A stretch of DNA of 64,000 bases from a virus. Below the pieces are notes generated by a model. It saw only the letters and a list, made by a program, of their open reading frames with translations, was not told the origin of the DNA and did not search any database. Below, one piece after another: positions 1 to 9,941 of the stretch. The position numbers and the translations under genes are program-made. Within the stretch, counting starts at the first letter, position 1. The number at the start of each line of letters is the position of its first letter. The stretch is from IMG/VR virus record IMGVR_UViG_3300023184_002781, positions 1 through 64,000 of that record; one strand, given 5' to 3'.

Positions 1-527
1 TTCTTTACTCTTGTTTTGAGATATTGACTAAGACTAAAGTACCCAAAACCAAAGCGATGGCGTATCCAATTAAATCTGCTATTGATCGATAAAATGACAT
101 CATATGCCTTGTCTCCTAAAAAACTTATCCAGGGTGCTAGTCTGGTTATGCCATCAAACATATCTCCATGTACTACAAGATAATGTTTTCCGTCTGCACC
201 TATATGTTCTATTTGATTATGTATTTCAACGAGTCCAAAACTGAACCCATATGGTATCATGGGTCTTAAAAATTCGTCGTGATTACCAGCCAAATAAACC
301 ACACGAGTGCCCCGTTTAGCATGACCGAGTACACGACGGACCACATTAGTATGGCTCTGTTTCCATCTCCATTTGTTTTGTTGGATTCTCCAGGCATCGA
401 TTATATCTCCTACAAGGTATAAGGTGTCACAGGAATTGTGTTTAAGGAAGTTGTTTAACTTATCAGCCTGACAATCCCTAGTACCGAGATGAACGTCACT
501 GACGAAGATGGATCGGTATTTCTTCAT
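1..527 (-). CDS. Metallophosphoesterase, LpxH-like UDP-2,3-diacylglucosamine hydrolase family (runs off the window start)
   Basis: Not in ORF track. Manual translation from ATG 527: MKKYRSIFVSDVHLG...LVGDIID...AGNHD...VHGD (calcineurin-like motifs). TAAATA lies 5 nt upstream. Confidence 0.85.
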   Translation of the reverse strand, partial: MKKYRSIFVSDVHLGTRDCQADKLNNFLKHNSCDTLYLVGDIIDAWRIQQNKWRWKQSHTNVVRRVLGHAKRGTRVVYLAGNHDEFLRPMIPYGFSFGLVEIHNQIEHIGADGKHYLVVHGDMFDGITRLAPWISFLGDKAYDVILSINSRFNWIRHRFGFGYFSLSQYLKTRVK

Positions 528-571
528 ACCAATATTTATTTGTGTAATATTTTTTAAATATTACAATAGTA

Positions 572-887
572 TTACAGACTTTGTTTTTTCTTCTCAAGGT
601 CTAATATAACAGAGCCTTCGCCAACTCCTAATACACATGATGTATCTTTAAGAAATTCTATAAGTGTCCATGTGCCTGTAGTTTTATTGACAAGTAAAAT
701 AAATTTAGTGTTTTCACCTTCACCACCCCACACTGGTCTTTCCGCATATTCTCCATTGACTAATTCGTTATACATTTTTTTAGTATCATCACAAATAACA
801 TTCTTTTTTCTTTCAACGGAGGTAGATTGTGGTATTGCCGCAGTTGTTAATAATGCGGCAACTAGTATGACGATTAATTTTTTCATT
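572..887 (-). CDS. Secreted hypothetical protein
   Basis: Likely start MKKLIVILVAALLTTAA (signal peptide); two Cys; upstream extension in the track is the duplicated repeat. Confidence 0.7.
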
Positions 888-891
888 GTAC

Positions 892-923
892 GCCTTGTGG
901 TGTAATAGGTTCTTGACCCATTG
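892..923. repeat. 32-bp direct repeat, copy 1
   Basis: gccttgtggtgtaataggttcttgacccattg is identical to 2322-2353. Confidence 0.95.
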
Positions 924-956
924 GTAAATGCCCAATCAAAAACAAAATTAACTTTT

Positions 957-1589
957 TTATTCATATTCTTTTACATTTATTCCATTTAATGTATATAGTG
1001 CATCCCAGCTATCTTTAAACTTTTCATTATATCCCAAAGATTCAAGCAATTTTTGAAAATCATCATATGTTGTTCCAGTGTCATACATATGAAACTCGCT
1101 TATTTCTGCCCATATTATTTTTGGACGCAAGTTACCAATAGCACTGAATACTTTATGTTCTGCTCCTTGAACATCGATGTGAATGAAATCTGGTCTTATA
1201 TTATGTTCTTCACAAAAAGATTCTAGTGTAACACTATTTACCGTGTAACCATCTCCCCACTTCCATCGTTCATTTAATAAATTAGGTCCCGGTTCACAAA
1301 CGCTACCTGACCAAGGCCATTCTTTACCGTCTAATATATCACTAGGATAAAATGTTAAAGTTCCAACTATATCCGAGACAGCCACATGAAAGTAATTTAT
1401 CCCATGTTTTACTGCTACTTGTTTATTGTTTTGTTCCCAAAATTTAGAACATTCAAATGCATATATAGTAGCTGAAGGAATTTTTGCTTTGATATTTCGA
1501 GTGTCGTTTAAGTCCGCCGCCCCGATATCAAAAATTATTGCATTAGGATTTAGATTATTTGCTAGCCAATTTAAATTAAAATTACTCAT
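957..1589 (-). CDS. FkbM-family SAM methyltransferase
   Basis: IFDIGA, YAFE and FIHIDVQGAE motifs; start taken as MSNFNLNW. Confidence 0.85.
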   Translation of the reverse strand: MSNFNLNWLANNLNPNAIIFDIGAADLNDTRNIKAKIPSATIYAFECSKFWEQNNKQVAVKHGINYFHVAVSDIVGTLTFYPSDILDGKEWPWSGSVCEPGPNLLNERWKWGDGYTVNSVTLESFCEEHNIRPDFIHIDVQGAEHKVFSAIGNLRPKIIWAEISEFHMYDTGTTYDDFQKLLESLGYNEKFKDSWDALYTLNGINVKEYE

Positions 1590-2247
1590 ATGTATCGTAA
1601 AAAATAGTGTTGATAGCGTCAATATAAATTTCTTTGTATCTATGGGAAACAATAAACTTTCTAATCATAGAATGACTACTTTGTATATCTGGATAGTTAT
1701 TATAATTTGGATGAACATCAGACAACTCTGCGATAATCATTTTTGGCCTGTGTTCACTTAAACTAAACGATTCAAAAACTTGTTGCTCATATCCCTCAAC
1801 ATCTACTACTAATAAATCAAAATTTTTAGGAACATTATGCTTTTGTAGTATTGTATCTAACCTACATGTAAGCACAGTCAGTTCAGTTTCGTTGGCAAAG
1901 TAAGCAGGTTCAAAAATATTCTTATGTGCGATGTGCATAGAATCACTTAAAGTACTTAATCCCCCGACTACATGAATTTTGCTGTCAGTATTGTTTATAC
2001 CAATAGCACATTGTTCAAATTTAACATTATTATGTTTATGTCTTTGCTGACAAAGATTTATATATTCAGGAACTGGTTCTACATAGATACCAGTCCATTC
2101 CAAATCTGCAAGACAACTAGTATTAGACCAAGACTCACCGTCAAATGCACCAACCTCAACAAAAAATCCAGTTGTCTTATTAAAGTACTGTAGATAAATT
2201 TCTTTAAGATTGGGTATTTGACAAGTTTCAGATATTTTAATATTCAT
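1582..2247 (-). CDS. FkbM-family SAM methyltransferase
   Basis: FVEVGAFDG, YVEP and LLVVDVEGYE motifs; start taken as MNIKISET. Confidence 0.85.
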   Translation of the reverse strand: MNIKISETCQIPNLKEIYLQYFNKTTGFFVEVGAFDGESWSNTSCLADLEWTGIYVEPVPEYINLCQQRHKHNNVKFEQCAIGINNTDSKIHVVGGLSTLSDSMHIAHKNIFEPAYFANETELTVLTCRLDTILQKHNVPKNFDLLVVDVEGYEQQVFESFSLSEHRPKMIIAELSDVHPNYNNYPDIQSSHSMIRKFIVSHRYKEIYIDAINTIFYDTYE

Positions 2248-2315
2248 TGAGTTGTTTTTCAATTCAGGCATATATTTCAGACAGACCATACTCTAGGTTC
2301 TCATTTGGTGACCAA

Positions 2316-3980
2316 CTAATTGCCTTGTGGTGTAATAGGTTCTTGACCCATTGTCTCTTTAGATCCCTGCATGGTTCGAGTTTGGTTACGAATCCCCGGT
2401 GTGCTGGTATCTTGTACCGGTTGAGGCTCTTTTGGTTCCTGGGGTACCTGAGGTACCTGTGCTGGTTGGACTTGTTGAGCAGGTACAGACTTTTGAGCCG
2501 GCGCACTAGTTTCTGGTGCTAGTGCGTCACTGCTACCAACTCCGCCAGATTCTCCATTATACAGAATATGGAAAGTCATGTTGCCTTGTGCCCCAGTTGT
2601 CCAATAGGCTTTTTCTGTAGTTAATTTTACACCTGTAACTGCCTGTGATGGATACACGGCATGCATTCCACGAATAAGAAAATCTTTATCACTTGGAATA
2701 ACGTCATTATACACTTGTATCAATGCACTATTGTTTAATATATCCGAAGCACTGGCGCTAAAATTAGTATTTTCATTAACGTGCTTGGTCACTTTAAATG
2801 CTATGATTAGCATCATGGTATGAATTGGTACTACTGGTTTTTTCCAATTTTTAAGATAATTATTATACCATTCTTCAAGTTTAGCACTAATAATATTTTT
2901 CCCGATTGGTGTATCTCCAAGATCGAGATTCATATTTTTTAAGTTCATTACCTGCTCTTTTTCTTCTGGGGTAATCAATTTAGTTTGGACCGCTATATCT
3001 AAAGGAGCCGAAAAATGTGTCTTACCATCAAATTCTCCGGGTTTGTTTTTCTTTTCATTGCCTTTGAAAGCATTAATAATTTGCATTACATTTTGATGTT
3101 TTTTAATTATTAATCGACCTTTATCAGTTTGTTCTAATTCATCTATAATTCTAAGAAAATTCTGAGCACTGGCTTTAGCACCGCCGCCGACAGCATCTTT
3201 AGTAGAGATTTTTAATTCTTTACCTTCGGGTGTAACTAATACACTATCACTCAATGCCCCACCTTGATTATCATTGAACTTAATTGAACAGTTGGTTAAT
3301 GAGGCACCTGGTCCGAAAAACATATCAACAGCATCCTGTGCATTCCCTGAAAGTTTCATTCCTTTAACTAATGCAATAGGTTGTAACATTTCACAAAAAT
3401 AAATTTTGAATGCTTCAAAATTCATAGCACCTTTAGGTACTTTTACTGGAAAATTACTAGCGGCCAAAAACGTTTGTGCTGCTACTGCTTCGTCACTTCC
3501 CTGACCAAATTTAGATACTATTTGATCAACTATTGATTGTGGAGTTTGTCCATCAAAATTTGTTAAAACTTCGCTAGGTTTATATCCAGCATTTTCTTTA
3601 ATACCTTCTTTGGTATTATATTTGTATCCACCGGGTATAGCAGAGTGTGGGAAATCGTTATCGTTTCTATTGGCCTTAATATCTTTAAAATATTTTCCTA
3701 ATACAACATCGGCATTTTTATTATCTTTAAATGATGCAAGCCCGAATGCTAATAAATTATTTCCGGGTGCATTGACCCAGGTAATGTTTTTTCCGTTAGT
3801 TGCCTGTGTTTTTGCAGTATCCATATCAGCGGGTGTAGGGTATTTTCCAACGTTGGGGAAAAATTCCAGGCCTTGAAATACTAGAGTTTCACCTTGTTGA
3901 TTTTTAAAAACCTCGCCGGGTTTTCGTCGAGCTAGGCCAACACCTTCAACTAACAGTGGTAAGAATTCTCTTGCTCGCAT
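2316..3980 (-). CDS. Late protein with possible PD-(D/E)xK nuclease-like core and Pro/Gln-rich tail
   Basis: 554 aa; N-terminus MRAREFLPLLVE; LSDSVLV...ELKISTK motif; TATAAATA 7 nt upstream of ATG. Confidence 0.55.
   Translation of the reverse strand: MRAREFLPLLVEGVGLARRKPGEVFKNQQGETLVFQGLEFFPNVGKYPTPADMDTAKTQATNGKNITWVNAPGNNLLAFGLASFKDNKNADVVLGKYFKDIKANRNDNDFPHSAIPGGYKYNTKEGIKENAGYKPSEVLTNFDGQTPQSIVDQIVSKFGQGSDEAVAAQTFLAASNFPVKVPKGAMNFEAFKIYFCEMLQPIALVKGMKLSGNAQDAVDMFFGPGASLTNCSIKFNDNQGGALSDSVLVTPEGKELKISTKDAVGGGAKASAQNFLRIIDELEQTDKGRLIIKKHQNVMQIINAFKGNEKKNKPGEFDGKTHFSAPLDIAVQTKLITPEEKEQVMNLKNMNLDLGDTPIGKNIISAKLEEWYNNYLKNWKKPVVPIHTMMLIIAFKVTKHVNENTNFSASASDILNNSALIQVYNDVIPSDKDFLIRGMHAVYPSQAVTGVKLTTEKAYWTTGAQGNMTFHILYNGESGGVGSSDALAPETSAPAQKSVPAQQVQPAQVPQVPQEPKEPQPVQDTSTPGIRNQTRTMQGSKETMGQEPITPQGN
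2322..2353. repeat. 32-bp direct repeat, copy 2 (3' end of the 554-aa gene)
   Basis: Identical to 892-923; encodes MGQEPITPQG. Confidence 0.95.
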
Positions 3981-3990
3981 AATAGTATAT

Positions 3991-4656
3991 TTATACTACT
4001 TCTGGAAACAGGACTTCGCTGACAAAACGTTTCATTTTAGATTCTTCTACACCCATACTAACCATACTGCGTATAACGTGTGGATTCTGCTTTTGATAGT
4101 GACAATAACGATTCTGTGCCATGTGATAATCTGCTGTGTCTTGCTGCGTATTTCCGACGTTTTTTAGATAATAATCCAATGTACGTAGTGCTAATTCACA
4201 TAAATTGTCTAATTCTTCGCCTATTCTTACATTACCTGCGGCAACCATTGCAGGGCTGAATATACTACTTGCCCACTCAGGCAGGTCTCTAGCCTTTTGC
4301 CAATTGTAGTAAAGTAACTCATTGGCAAACCAACGCATCATAGGATGTGTGGGATCACCTCCTGAACTGTAATCACAGAATGCACCTGTGATTTTATTTG
4401 GACCACACACTGCATCAAATCCAAAAATAGGGCTAGGATCGTTAAAACGTGGAAACACCGTACAATGTAAAATGTAGATATTGTGACTTTCTCTATTATC
4501 TACAATTTCTATATGTGCTCTACGATATCGAGGGCTTGACCAAAGTTGATTATGCCACTCGTAATCTAAATTACCTGCTATTGGTTCTCCAGTAGCATTA
4601 AATTTGTCCTCGAACTTTTTAGCTAGTTCTTCAATTTTGTCCCAAACTGCTGTCAT
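3991..4656 (-). CDS. pcyX: Ferredoxin-dependent bilin reductase (PcyX/PcyA-like)
   Basis: RRAHIEIVD, LHCTVFP, PIFGFD, LPEWASSIFSP and QNRYCHYQKQN motifs; adjacent to heme oxygenase. Confidence 0.8.
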   Translation of the reverse strand: MTAVWDKIEELAKKFEDKFNATGEPIAGNLDYEWHNQLWSSPRYRRAHIEIVDNRESHNIYILHCTVFPRFNDPSPIFGFDAVCGPNKITGAFCDYSSGGDPTHPMMRWFANELLYYNWQKARDLPEWASSIFSPAMVAAGNVRIGEELDNLCELALRTLDYYLKNVGNTQQDTADYHMAQNRYCHYQKQNPHVIRSMVSMGVEESKMKRFVSEVLFPEVV

Positions 4657-5176
4657 ATGATTCCATTATTTTAATTGCCCATTCAAAGGCTATGTTGGCT
4701 TCAACGGCCATATCGTCTGACAGCATAGTACGTACAGTTTTAATTAACTCGGCACGATCTTCAAACTCTAAATGTGAGTGTGGTGCTTCCACAATCTTCT
4801 TAATCATTTGGCCACCGTGTAGGTCGCCCATGTGCCAAGTATAAAGGTGTGCCATAATACGAGTAGGATCACCTAATGTTCGTATATAACTAACATACTC
4901 TTTGGTTACTTCTTTATAGGTATTAAAACTACCTACAGGTTTATCCATGGCATCGTAGTCATCCATGATTAATCCTGCTCGTTCAAAGCCTGGTGGAAAT
5001 GCGTCTAACAATCCCGCTGTACGGGCAGCATGTTCTATTTCTTTATACCAAAGTTGTTTTTGATATGTAAAATCTACCCAAACATCAAAAGGCAATGTCT
5101 TTGCAAACACTGCCTTCATGAATAGGGTATCTTCTGCCTGTTGATGTTTATCAGCAGTTAAATCTTTTAAACTCAT
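4631..5176 (-). CDS. hemO: Heme oxygenase
   Basis: LKDLTADKHQQAE proximal His helix; AHLYTWHMGDLHGGQMI distal helix. Confidence 0.88.
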   Translation of the reverse strand: MSLKDLTADKHQQAEDTLFMKAVFAKTLPFDVWVDFTYQKQLWYKEIEHAARTAGLLDAFPPGFERAGLIMDDYDAMDKPVGSFNTYKEVTKEYVSYIRTLGDPTRIMAHLYTWHMGDLHGGQMIKKIVEAPHSHLEFEDRAELIKTVRTMLSDDMAVEANIAFEWAIKIMESYDSSLGQN

Positions 5177-5185
5177 AGTAGTTCC

Positions 5186-5491
5186 TCATTCGGGTTCTAC
5201 TTTAATTATCAAAGGCCAACCATGTGCTCTGGCTAAATTGGTTCCATCGATGGCTTTCTGCTCTGCTACTTCAAAACTATAAGTACCTACTGTAGCACTA
5301 CCTTGAGTATGTATTTGTAATGTTAGTACTAATGCTGTTTTTTGATCATGTCTAAACACAGCTATTAACATTGATATTACAAATTCCATAGGAGTTGAAT
5401 CATCATTACATACAATGACTTTAAACTTACCAGGTTCTTTAATCCTATTAATTGTTCTAGTCTTTTTTTCTACTACAGTATCAGTGGTCAT
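5186..5491 (-). CDS. clpS: ATP-dependent Clp protease adaptor ClpS
   Basis: KVIVCNDDSTPMEFVI, IHTQGSA and EVAEQKA motifs. Confidence 0.93.
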   Translation of the reverse strand: MTTDTVVEKKTRTINRIKEPGKFKVIVCNDDSTPMEFVISMLIAVFRHDQKTALVLTLQIHTQGSATVGTYSFEVAEQKAIDGTNLARAHGWPLIIKVEPE

Positions 5492-5504
5492 AATCTTATT
5501 TCAT

Positions 5505-5527
5505 AAAGGGGGCCGAAGCCCCCAAAC
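5505..5527 (-). terminator. Rho-independent terminator after hsp20
   Basis: GGGGGC-TTCG-GCCCCC stem with UUCG loop, followed by TTT. Confidence 0.8.
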
Positions 5528-5528
5528 T

Positions 5529-5963
5529 TTATTCGCCCTTAATTTTAAGGACACGAGGTTTCAACGCATCAGGAACAACACGCTTCAATTCAATTGTAAG
5601 CACACCATTCTTGATAGTTCCATCTCCGACTTCCATATGTTCAGCCAAAGTCCAGCTACGTGTGAAGTCTCGTAGAGCCAGCCCACGATGTAGGAATTCG
5701 GCAGTAACATCGCTGCTCTTATCTCGAACTCCTTTAACGATCAGTTGATTCTGATCAATCTCAACTGTGACTTCATCCTTGGAAAACCCTGTTACAGCAA
5801 TTTCGATCTCATAGGTATCGTCGTTGTGTTTAACAATGTTGTAAGGGGGGTAGTTATCTTTGAGTTGATTTGCATAACGATGTTCAATATCGTTAAACAT
5901 TGTATCAAAACCTAGAAGTGCTCTGTTTAGAGCGTTGGTGTCGAAACGTACTAATTGTGTCAT
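5529..5963 (-). CDS. Small heat shock protein (Hsp20/IbpA-like)
   Basis: YPPYNI, IAVTGF, FLHRGLA and NGVLTIEL alpha-crystallin motifs. Confidence 0.95.
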   Translation of the reverse strand: MTQLVRFDTNALNRALLGFDTMFNDIEHRYANQLKDNYPPYNIVKHNDDTYEIEIAVTGFSKDEVTVEIDQNQLIVKGVRDKSSDVTAEFLHRGLALRDFTRSWTLAEHMEVGDGTIKNGVLTIELKRVVPDALKPRVLKIKGE

Positions 5964-6047
5964 ATTTTTTCTCCTTTAAAAGTAAGATAACACTGGGCAC
6001 TATGCCCTAAAGTGGGACCCTTGATAGGTGTCCCACAATACTATTTA
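5964..6047 (-). promoter_or_regulatory. TAAATA promoter plus three-hairpin ROSE-like 5' UTR of hsp20
   Basis: Hairpins GTGGGAC/GTCCCAC and GGGCATAGTGCCC; TCTTACTT can pair with the AAGGAGA SD; architecture duplicated upstream of dnaK. Confidence 0.65.
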
Positions 6048-7949
6048 TTATACAGTCTCTTTAGCTTCTGTGTCAACTATGCCGTCTTCCGCATCTTTCT
6101 TGGCCTGTTCTTCAGCTTTCTTTGCTGCTTCTTCGGCTTCATGCTTCTTACCAGTGATAGGACCCATAGCTTGATAAAGTTTTGGAATACTATCTTGAAT
6201 GATTTTAGGATCATCGCCTTTGATAGCATCTCTAATTGCTTGAGCTGCATCATCAACATTAGCCTTTTCTTCAGCAGTAACTTGATCTCCATACTTGTCA
6301 ATATCAGCTTGGAATTCATTTAAGGTAGATTCTGCTGAGTTACGTGCTTCAATGAGCTCACGTTGTTTCTTATCCGATTCAGCATTAGCTTCGGCATCTT
6401 GAACCATACGTTCGATTTCTTCTTTGCTAAGTCCGCTGTCGGATTTGATAGTGATCTTATTCTCTTTGCCGGTTCCTTTGTCTATTGCCTTGATATTCAT
6501 AATACCATTAGCATCGATATCTAAAGTAACTTCAATTTGCGGAGTACCTCTACGTGCTGGAGGAATACCTTCTAATTTGAATTCGCCCAATAGCTTATTG
6601 TATTGGACGAATTCTCTCTCGCCTTGGAATACTTTGATATCTACAGCAGGTTGATTGTCATCAGCTGTGCTAAACACTTGGCTATGTTTAGTAGGAATGG
6701 TTGTGTTCTTTTGAATCAACTTGGCCATTACACCGCCTTGGGTTTCAATACCGAGACTTAGTGGAGTAACGTCTAGCAATAGAACGTCAGTGCGTCCTCC
6801 ACCTAGTACATCACCTTGGATAGCAGCACCAGCAGCTACTGCTTCATCTGGATTAACATCCTTGCGTGGTGCCTTGCCGAATAGTTTCTCAACTGTTTCA
6901 ACAACCTTAGGCATACGTGTCATACCACCAACAAGGATAACTTCATCAATGTCTCCAGCAGTAACACCTGCATCTGCCATAGCAGTTTTACAAGGTTCAA
7001 TACTACGTTGGATTAATTCATCAACTAGACTTTCTAACTTAGCACGAGTAAGTTTAACATTTAAATGTTTAGGACCACTTGCATCTGCTGTGATGTAAGG
7101 CAAATTAACATCTGTCTGTGCAGAACTAGACAATTCAATCTTTGCTTTTTCAGCAGCTTCTTTCAAACGCTGGAGTGCTAGCATGTCCTTTTTAAGATCA
7201 ACGCCGTTGTCTTTCTTGAATTCATCAACCAAGAAATCCATAATACGCTGGTCAAAGTCTTCGCCACCTAAGAATGTATCACCATTGGTGCTTAGAACTT
7301 CAATTTGTTTGTCGCCATCAACATTAGCAATTTCAATAATACTTACGTCAAATGTACCACCACCTAGGTCATAGACAGCAATCTTGCGATCACGTTTGTC
7401 TGCCTTATCCATACCATAGGCAAGAGCAGCAGCAGTAGGTTCGTTGATAATACGTAGAACTTCAAGTCCTGCAATCTTACCAGCATCTTTAGTTGCTTGA
7501 CGTTGTTGGTCATTAAAGTAAGCAGGTACAGTAATAACTGCCTGTGTAACTTCGTGTCCAAGATAGTCTTCAGCAGTGAGTTTCATTTTGCGAAGAACCT
7601 CAGCACTGATTTGTGGGGGAGCAAGTTCTTGATCATTTGCACTTACCCAAGCATCGCCATTGCTTGCTTCAATAATTTTGTAGGGCATTAGATCAATGTC
7701 CTTCTGTACAGCCTGTTCTTTAAACTTACGTCCAATTAGACGTTTAGCTGCATAGATTGTGTTCTTTGGATTTGTAACTGCTTGGCGTTTTGCACTAGCA
7801 CCTACAAGAATTTCATCGTTGGCATAGGCAATAATACTAGGAGTAGTCCTTGCACCTTCGCTGTTTTCGATGATTTTTGGAATACCGTTTTCAATAACGG
7901 CTACACATGAATTGGTTGTACCGAGGTCGATACCGATTACTTTACTCAT
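6048..7949 (-). CDS. dnaK: Chaperone DnaK (Hsp70)
   Basis: [19 protein letters not shown] and [11 protein letters not shown] motifs; full length 633 aa. Confidence 0.98.
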   Translation of the reverse strand: MSKVIGIDLGTTNSCVAVIENGIPKIIENSEGARTTPSIIAYANDEILVGASAKRQAVTNPKNTIYAAKRLIGRKFKEQAVQKDIDLMPYKIIEASNGDAWVSANDQELAPPQISAEVLRKMKLTAEDYLGHEVTQAVITVPAYFNDQQRQATKDAGKIAGLEVLRIINEPTAAALAYGMDKADKRDRKIAVYDLGGGTFDVSIIEIANVDGDKQIEVLSTNGDTFLGGEDFDQRIMDFLVDEFKKDNGVDLKKDMLALQRLKEAAEKAKIELSSSAQTDVNLPYITADASGPKHLNVKLTRAKLESLVDELIQRSIEPCKTAMADAGVTAGDIDEVILVGGMTRMPKVVETVEKLFGKAPRKDVNPDEAVAAGAAIQGDVLGGGRTDVLLLDVTPLSLGIETQGGVMAKLIQKNTTIPTKHSQVFSTADDNQPAVDIKVFQGEREFVQYNKLLGEFKLEGIPPARRGTPQIEVTLDIDANGIMNIKAIDKGTGKENKITIKSDSGLSKEEIERMVQDAEANAESDKKQRELIEARNSAESTLNEFQADIDKYGDQVTAEEKANVDDAAQAIRDAIKGDDPKIIQDSIPKLYQAMGPITGKKHEAEEAAKKAEEQAKKDAEDGIVDTEAKETV

Positions 7950-8032
7950 AATTTCTCCTTTAATTAAGTAAGAGTTTTGTGGGCCCTATGCCCGATAAGA
8001 TATCCAATATAGGTATATCGTGCATTTATTTA
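7950..8032 (-). promoter_or_regulatory. TAAATA promoter plus three-hairpin ROSE-like 5' UTR of dnaK
   Basis: GATAT/ATATC hairpin, GGGCATAGGGCCC and TCTTACTT...AAAGGAGA. Confidence 0.65.
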
Positions 8033-8043
8033 TTATAGATTAA

Positions 8044-8322
8044 TCAAGAATCAATGTCAATATGATCGGCAGCTTTTGCTACATTTTTCATTTTTTCATT
8101 ATAAATGTTACGACTTTGCTCAATATCAAACTCAAAATTTTCTGGGTTATTAACTGCTTTTAGCACAGGATGTATTATCTTATCTGTGATCCTACGACTC
8201 ATATCTTCCATGACTTTTTCTATATCGTCACCTCGGGCAATACGTTGCATAGCACGACCTTTTTCAAACATGCTAACACGAGTTGCCCATGACTCTATAG
8301 ACTCATCCGGATTAATTCTCAT
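8044..8322 (-). CDS. Stand-alone glutamyl-tRNA reductase (HemA) dimerisation-like domain protein
   Basis: EKGRAMQRIARGDDIEKVMEDMSRRITDKIIHP resembles the proteobacterial HemA C-terminus. Confidence 0.6.
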   Translation of the reverse strand: MRINPDESIESWATRVSMFEKGRAMQRIARGDDIEKVMEDMSRRITDKIIHPVLKAVNNPENFEFDIEQSRNIYNEKMKNVAKAADHIDIDS

Positions 8323-9134
8323 TCAATATTAAATTCTAATGTACTACTTATTTTAGGTATAAGAGTAGGTTCCACATCAATACTTAGTAGGTCTTCTACT
8401 ACACGACTGCGATTTTTGATATTGGTTTGTCCGAGAACTACCACTCCGAATAACTCTTTATTTTTTTCTATTAACATAAGCACACATCTTCCGGCCGGAT
8501 TAGTGAATCCAGTTTTACTAATTAAAATATTATCATATACAAATATATCTGGATTTGTATTTCTTAAGTTAATTGTAATAGTTTTTTTACCCTTGGGTAC
8601 TTTTAAAACCATATTACGTTCATTGGCTATTTTACGTATCACTAGATTGTCTTTGATACGATGTAAAAATTCTATGAGTTCTCGAGCAGTACTTTTATTA
8701 CCTTCTTTAAGTCCCGTGCTATCCACAATTGTAGTATTCTCTAATGTAATATCTTTTACATAGTTATTAACATCAAATAAAAATTTATTAAAGCCGCCTG
8801 GATGATGATATGCCAGTGTTTCTGCTGCTCTATTGTCACTGGTGATAATCATGGCTCGCATAAGGTCCATACGTGTCATATATGTTCCCCTTATAACATG
8901 ACCAGCGCTCCGACCATCTATATATATTTTTTCATCAAGATCAACTCCACTATTCAATACAGTTATTGCAGTAAATAATTTTGTAATGCTAGCTATGCTT
9001 CGAATTTCTACATGATTATATCTTACAATATAGTTAGCAGAACTATAATCATACAGAGCATACGATCCGGGCAAGGATGTTGCAGCATGGGCTGATGTTA
9101 TAAACATCAGTAGTATAATAAAAAGTTTTTTCAT
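8319..9134 (-). CDS. Peptidase S11 (D-Ala-D-Ala carboxy/endopeptidase, PBP7-like), secreted
   Basis: Signal peptide; SITK (SxxK), SDN (SxN) and KTG motifs. Confidence 0.9.
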   Translation of the reverse strand: MKKLFIILLMFITSAHAATSLPGSYALYDYSSANYIVRYNHVEIRSIASITKLFTAITVLNSGVDLDEKIYIDGRSAGHVIRGTYMTRMDLMRAMIITSDNRAAETLAYHHPGGFNKFLFDVNNYVKDITLENTTIVDSTGLKEGNKSTARELIEFLHRIKDNLVIRKIANERNMVLKVPKGKKTITINLRNTNPDIFVYDNILISKTGFTNPAGRCVLMLIEKNKELFGVVVLGQTNIKNRSRVVEDLLSIDVEPTLIPKISSTLEFNIE

Positions 9135-9430
9135 GACCACTTCAATATAAACATAGTTAGATCTTTTTCATCTTTAAAATAAAACTTATCTTTCTTTTCA
9201 AACCAACGGACACCTGATTTTCCATATTGCTTAATACACCATTTTAGTGCCTGTTCATTTATATCAGGTGGAGTATCTTCTGCTCTACCAAGTTCGATCC
9301 AAGTGTAGTGCATACCCCAACCACTAGCTTTGCCAGTTTTCATAGGACGTAACTCGTGATCCGAACCTATGTTCAAACCACCAAATACTTGACTACTAAT
9401 ATTAGGGAAACCGGGGATTGTTGTTGCCAT
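9131..9430 (-). CDS. Hypothetical protein, 'FxL(K/R)W' C-terminal family
   Basis: Ends FYFKDEKDLTMFILKWS. Confidence 0.75.
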   Translation of the reverse strand: MATTIPGFPNISSQVFGGLNIGSDHELRPMKTGKASGWGMHYTWIELGRAEDTPPDINEQALKWCIKQYGKSGVRWFEKKDKFYFKDEKDLTMFILKWS

Positions 9431-9729
9431 TATGAACTCCACTTTAATGCTAACATAGTATATAGTTTTTCATGTATGTCAAATGTGTTATGGTATACAC
9501 CCCACAGTTGCTCAACGTGTTCGTGCCACAATTCTCGATCCTGTGACCGCAACCATTGGGATGTATCATTATAGCATCCAACTGTGTACCATGTCTTACC
9601 ATCAACTACGCTTTCGTCATGTATAAAAAAATTTGGTTTATATTTCCACTGTGACATAAACTGCTCGTCGATTTCTTCTTGCATTCGTTTAGCAATTCTA
9701 GTTAATATTTGATCTTCTATATTACTCAT
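9430..9729 (-). CDS. Hypothetical protein, 'L(K/R)W' family
   Basis: Ends LYTMLALKWSS; translationally coupled to neighbours. Confidence 0.75.
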   Translation of the reverse strand: MSNIEDQILTRIAKRMQEEIDEQFMSQWKYKPNFFIHDESVVDGKTWYTVGCYNDTSQWLRSQDRELWHEHVEQLWGVYHNTFDIHEKLYTMLALKWSS

Positions 9730-9941
9730 AACCACTTCAAAACAAACATTGTATAATCTTTATCAGTTTTCCAAATGCACCATTCCATGTCATTATCAAC
9801 TGATATATTAAATTTATCCAATATTTTATGTGATTCTTCTCTTCGATCCTCTGCTGGTAATTCCATCATTTTATAAACAAATGGTGCTAATTGCCTTTCC
9901 AGCCTCGGAAGATCATTTAATTTATAAAATGGAGTTTTCAT
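9726..9941 (-). CDS. Hypothetical protein, 'L(K/R)W' family
   Basis: Ends WKTDKDYTMFVLKWL. Confidence 0.75.
   Translation of the reverse strand: MKTPFYKLNDLPRLERQLAPFVYKMMELPAEDRREESHKILDKFNISVDNDMEWCIWKTDKDYTMFVLKWL

Noticed and set aside
6012-7691. Short antisense and alternate-frame ORFs over dnaK, and similar ones over nrdA and tail genes
   Set aside because: They are fully nested in strong genes, with no RBS or recognisable motifs.
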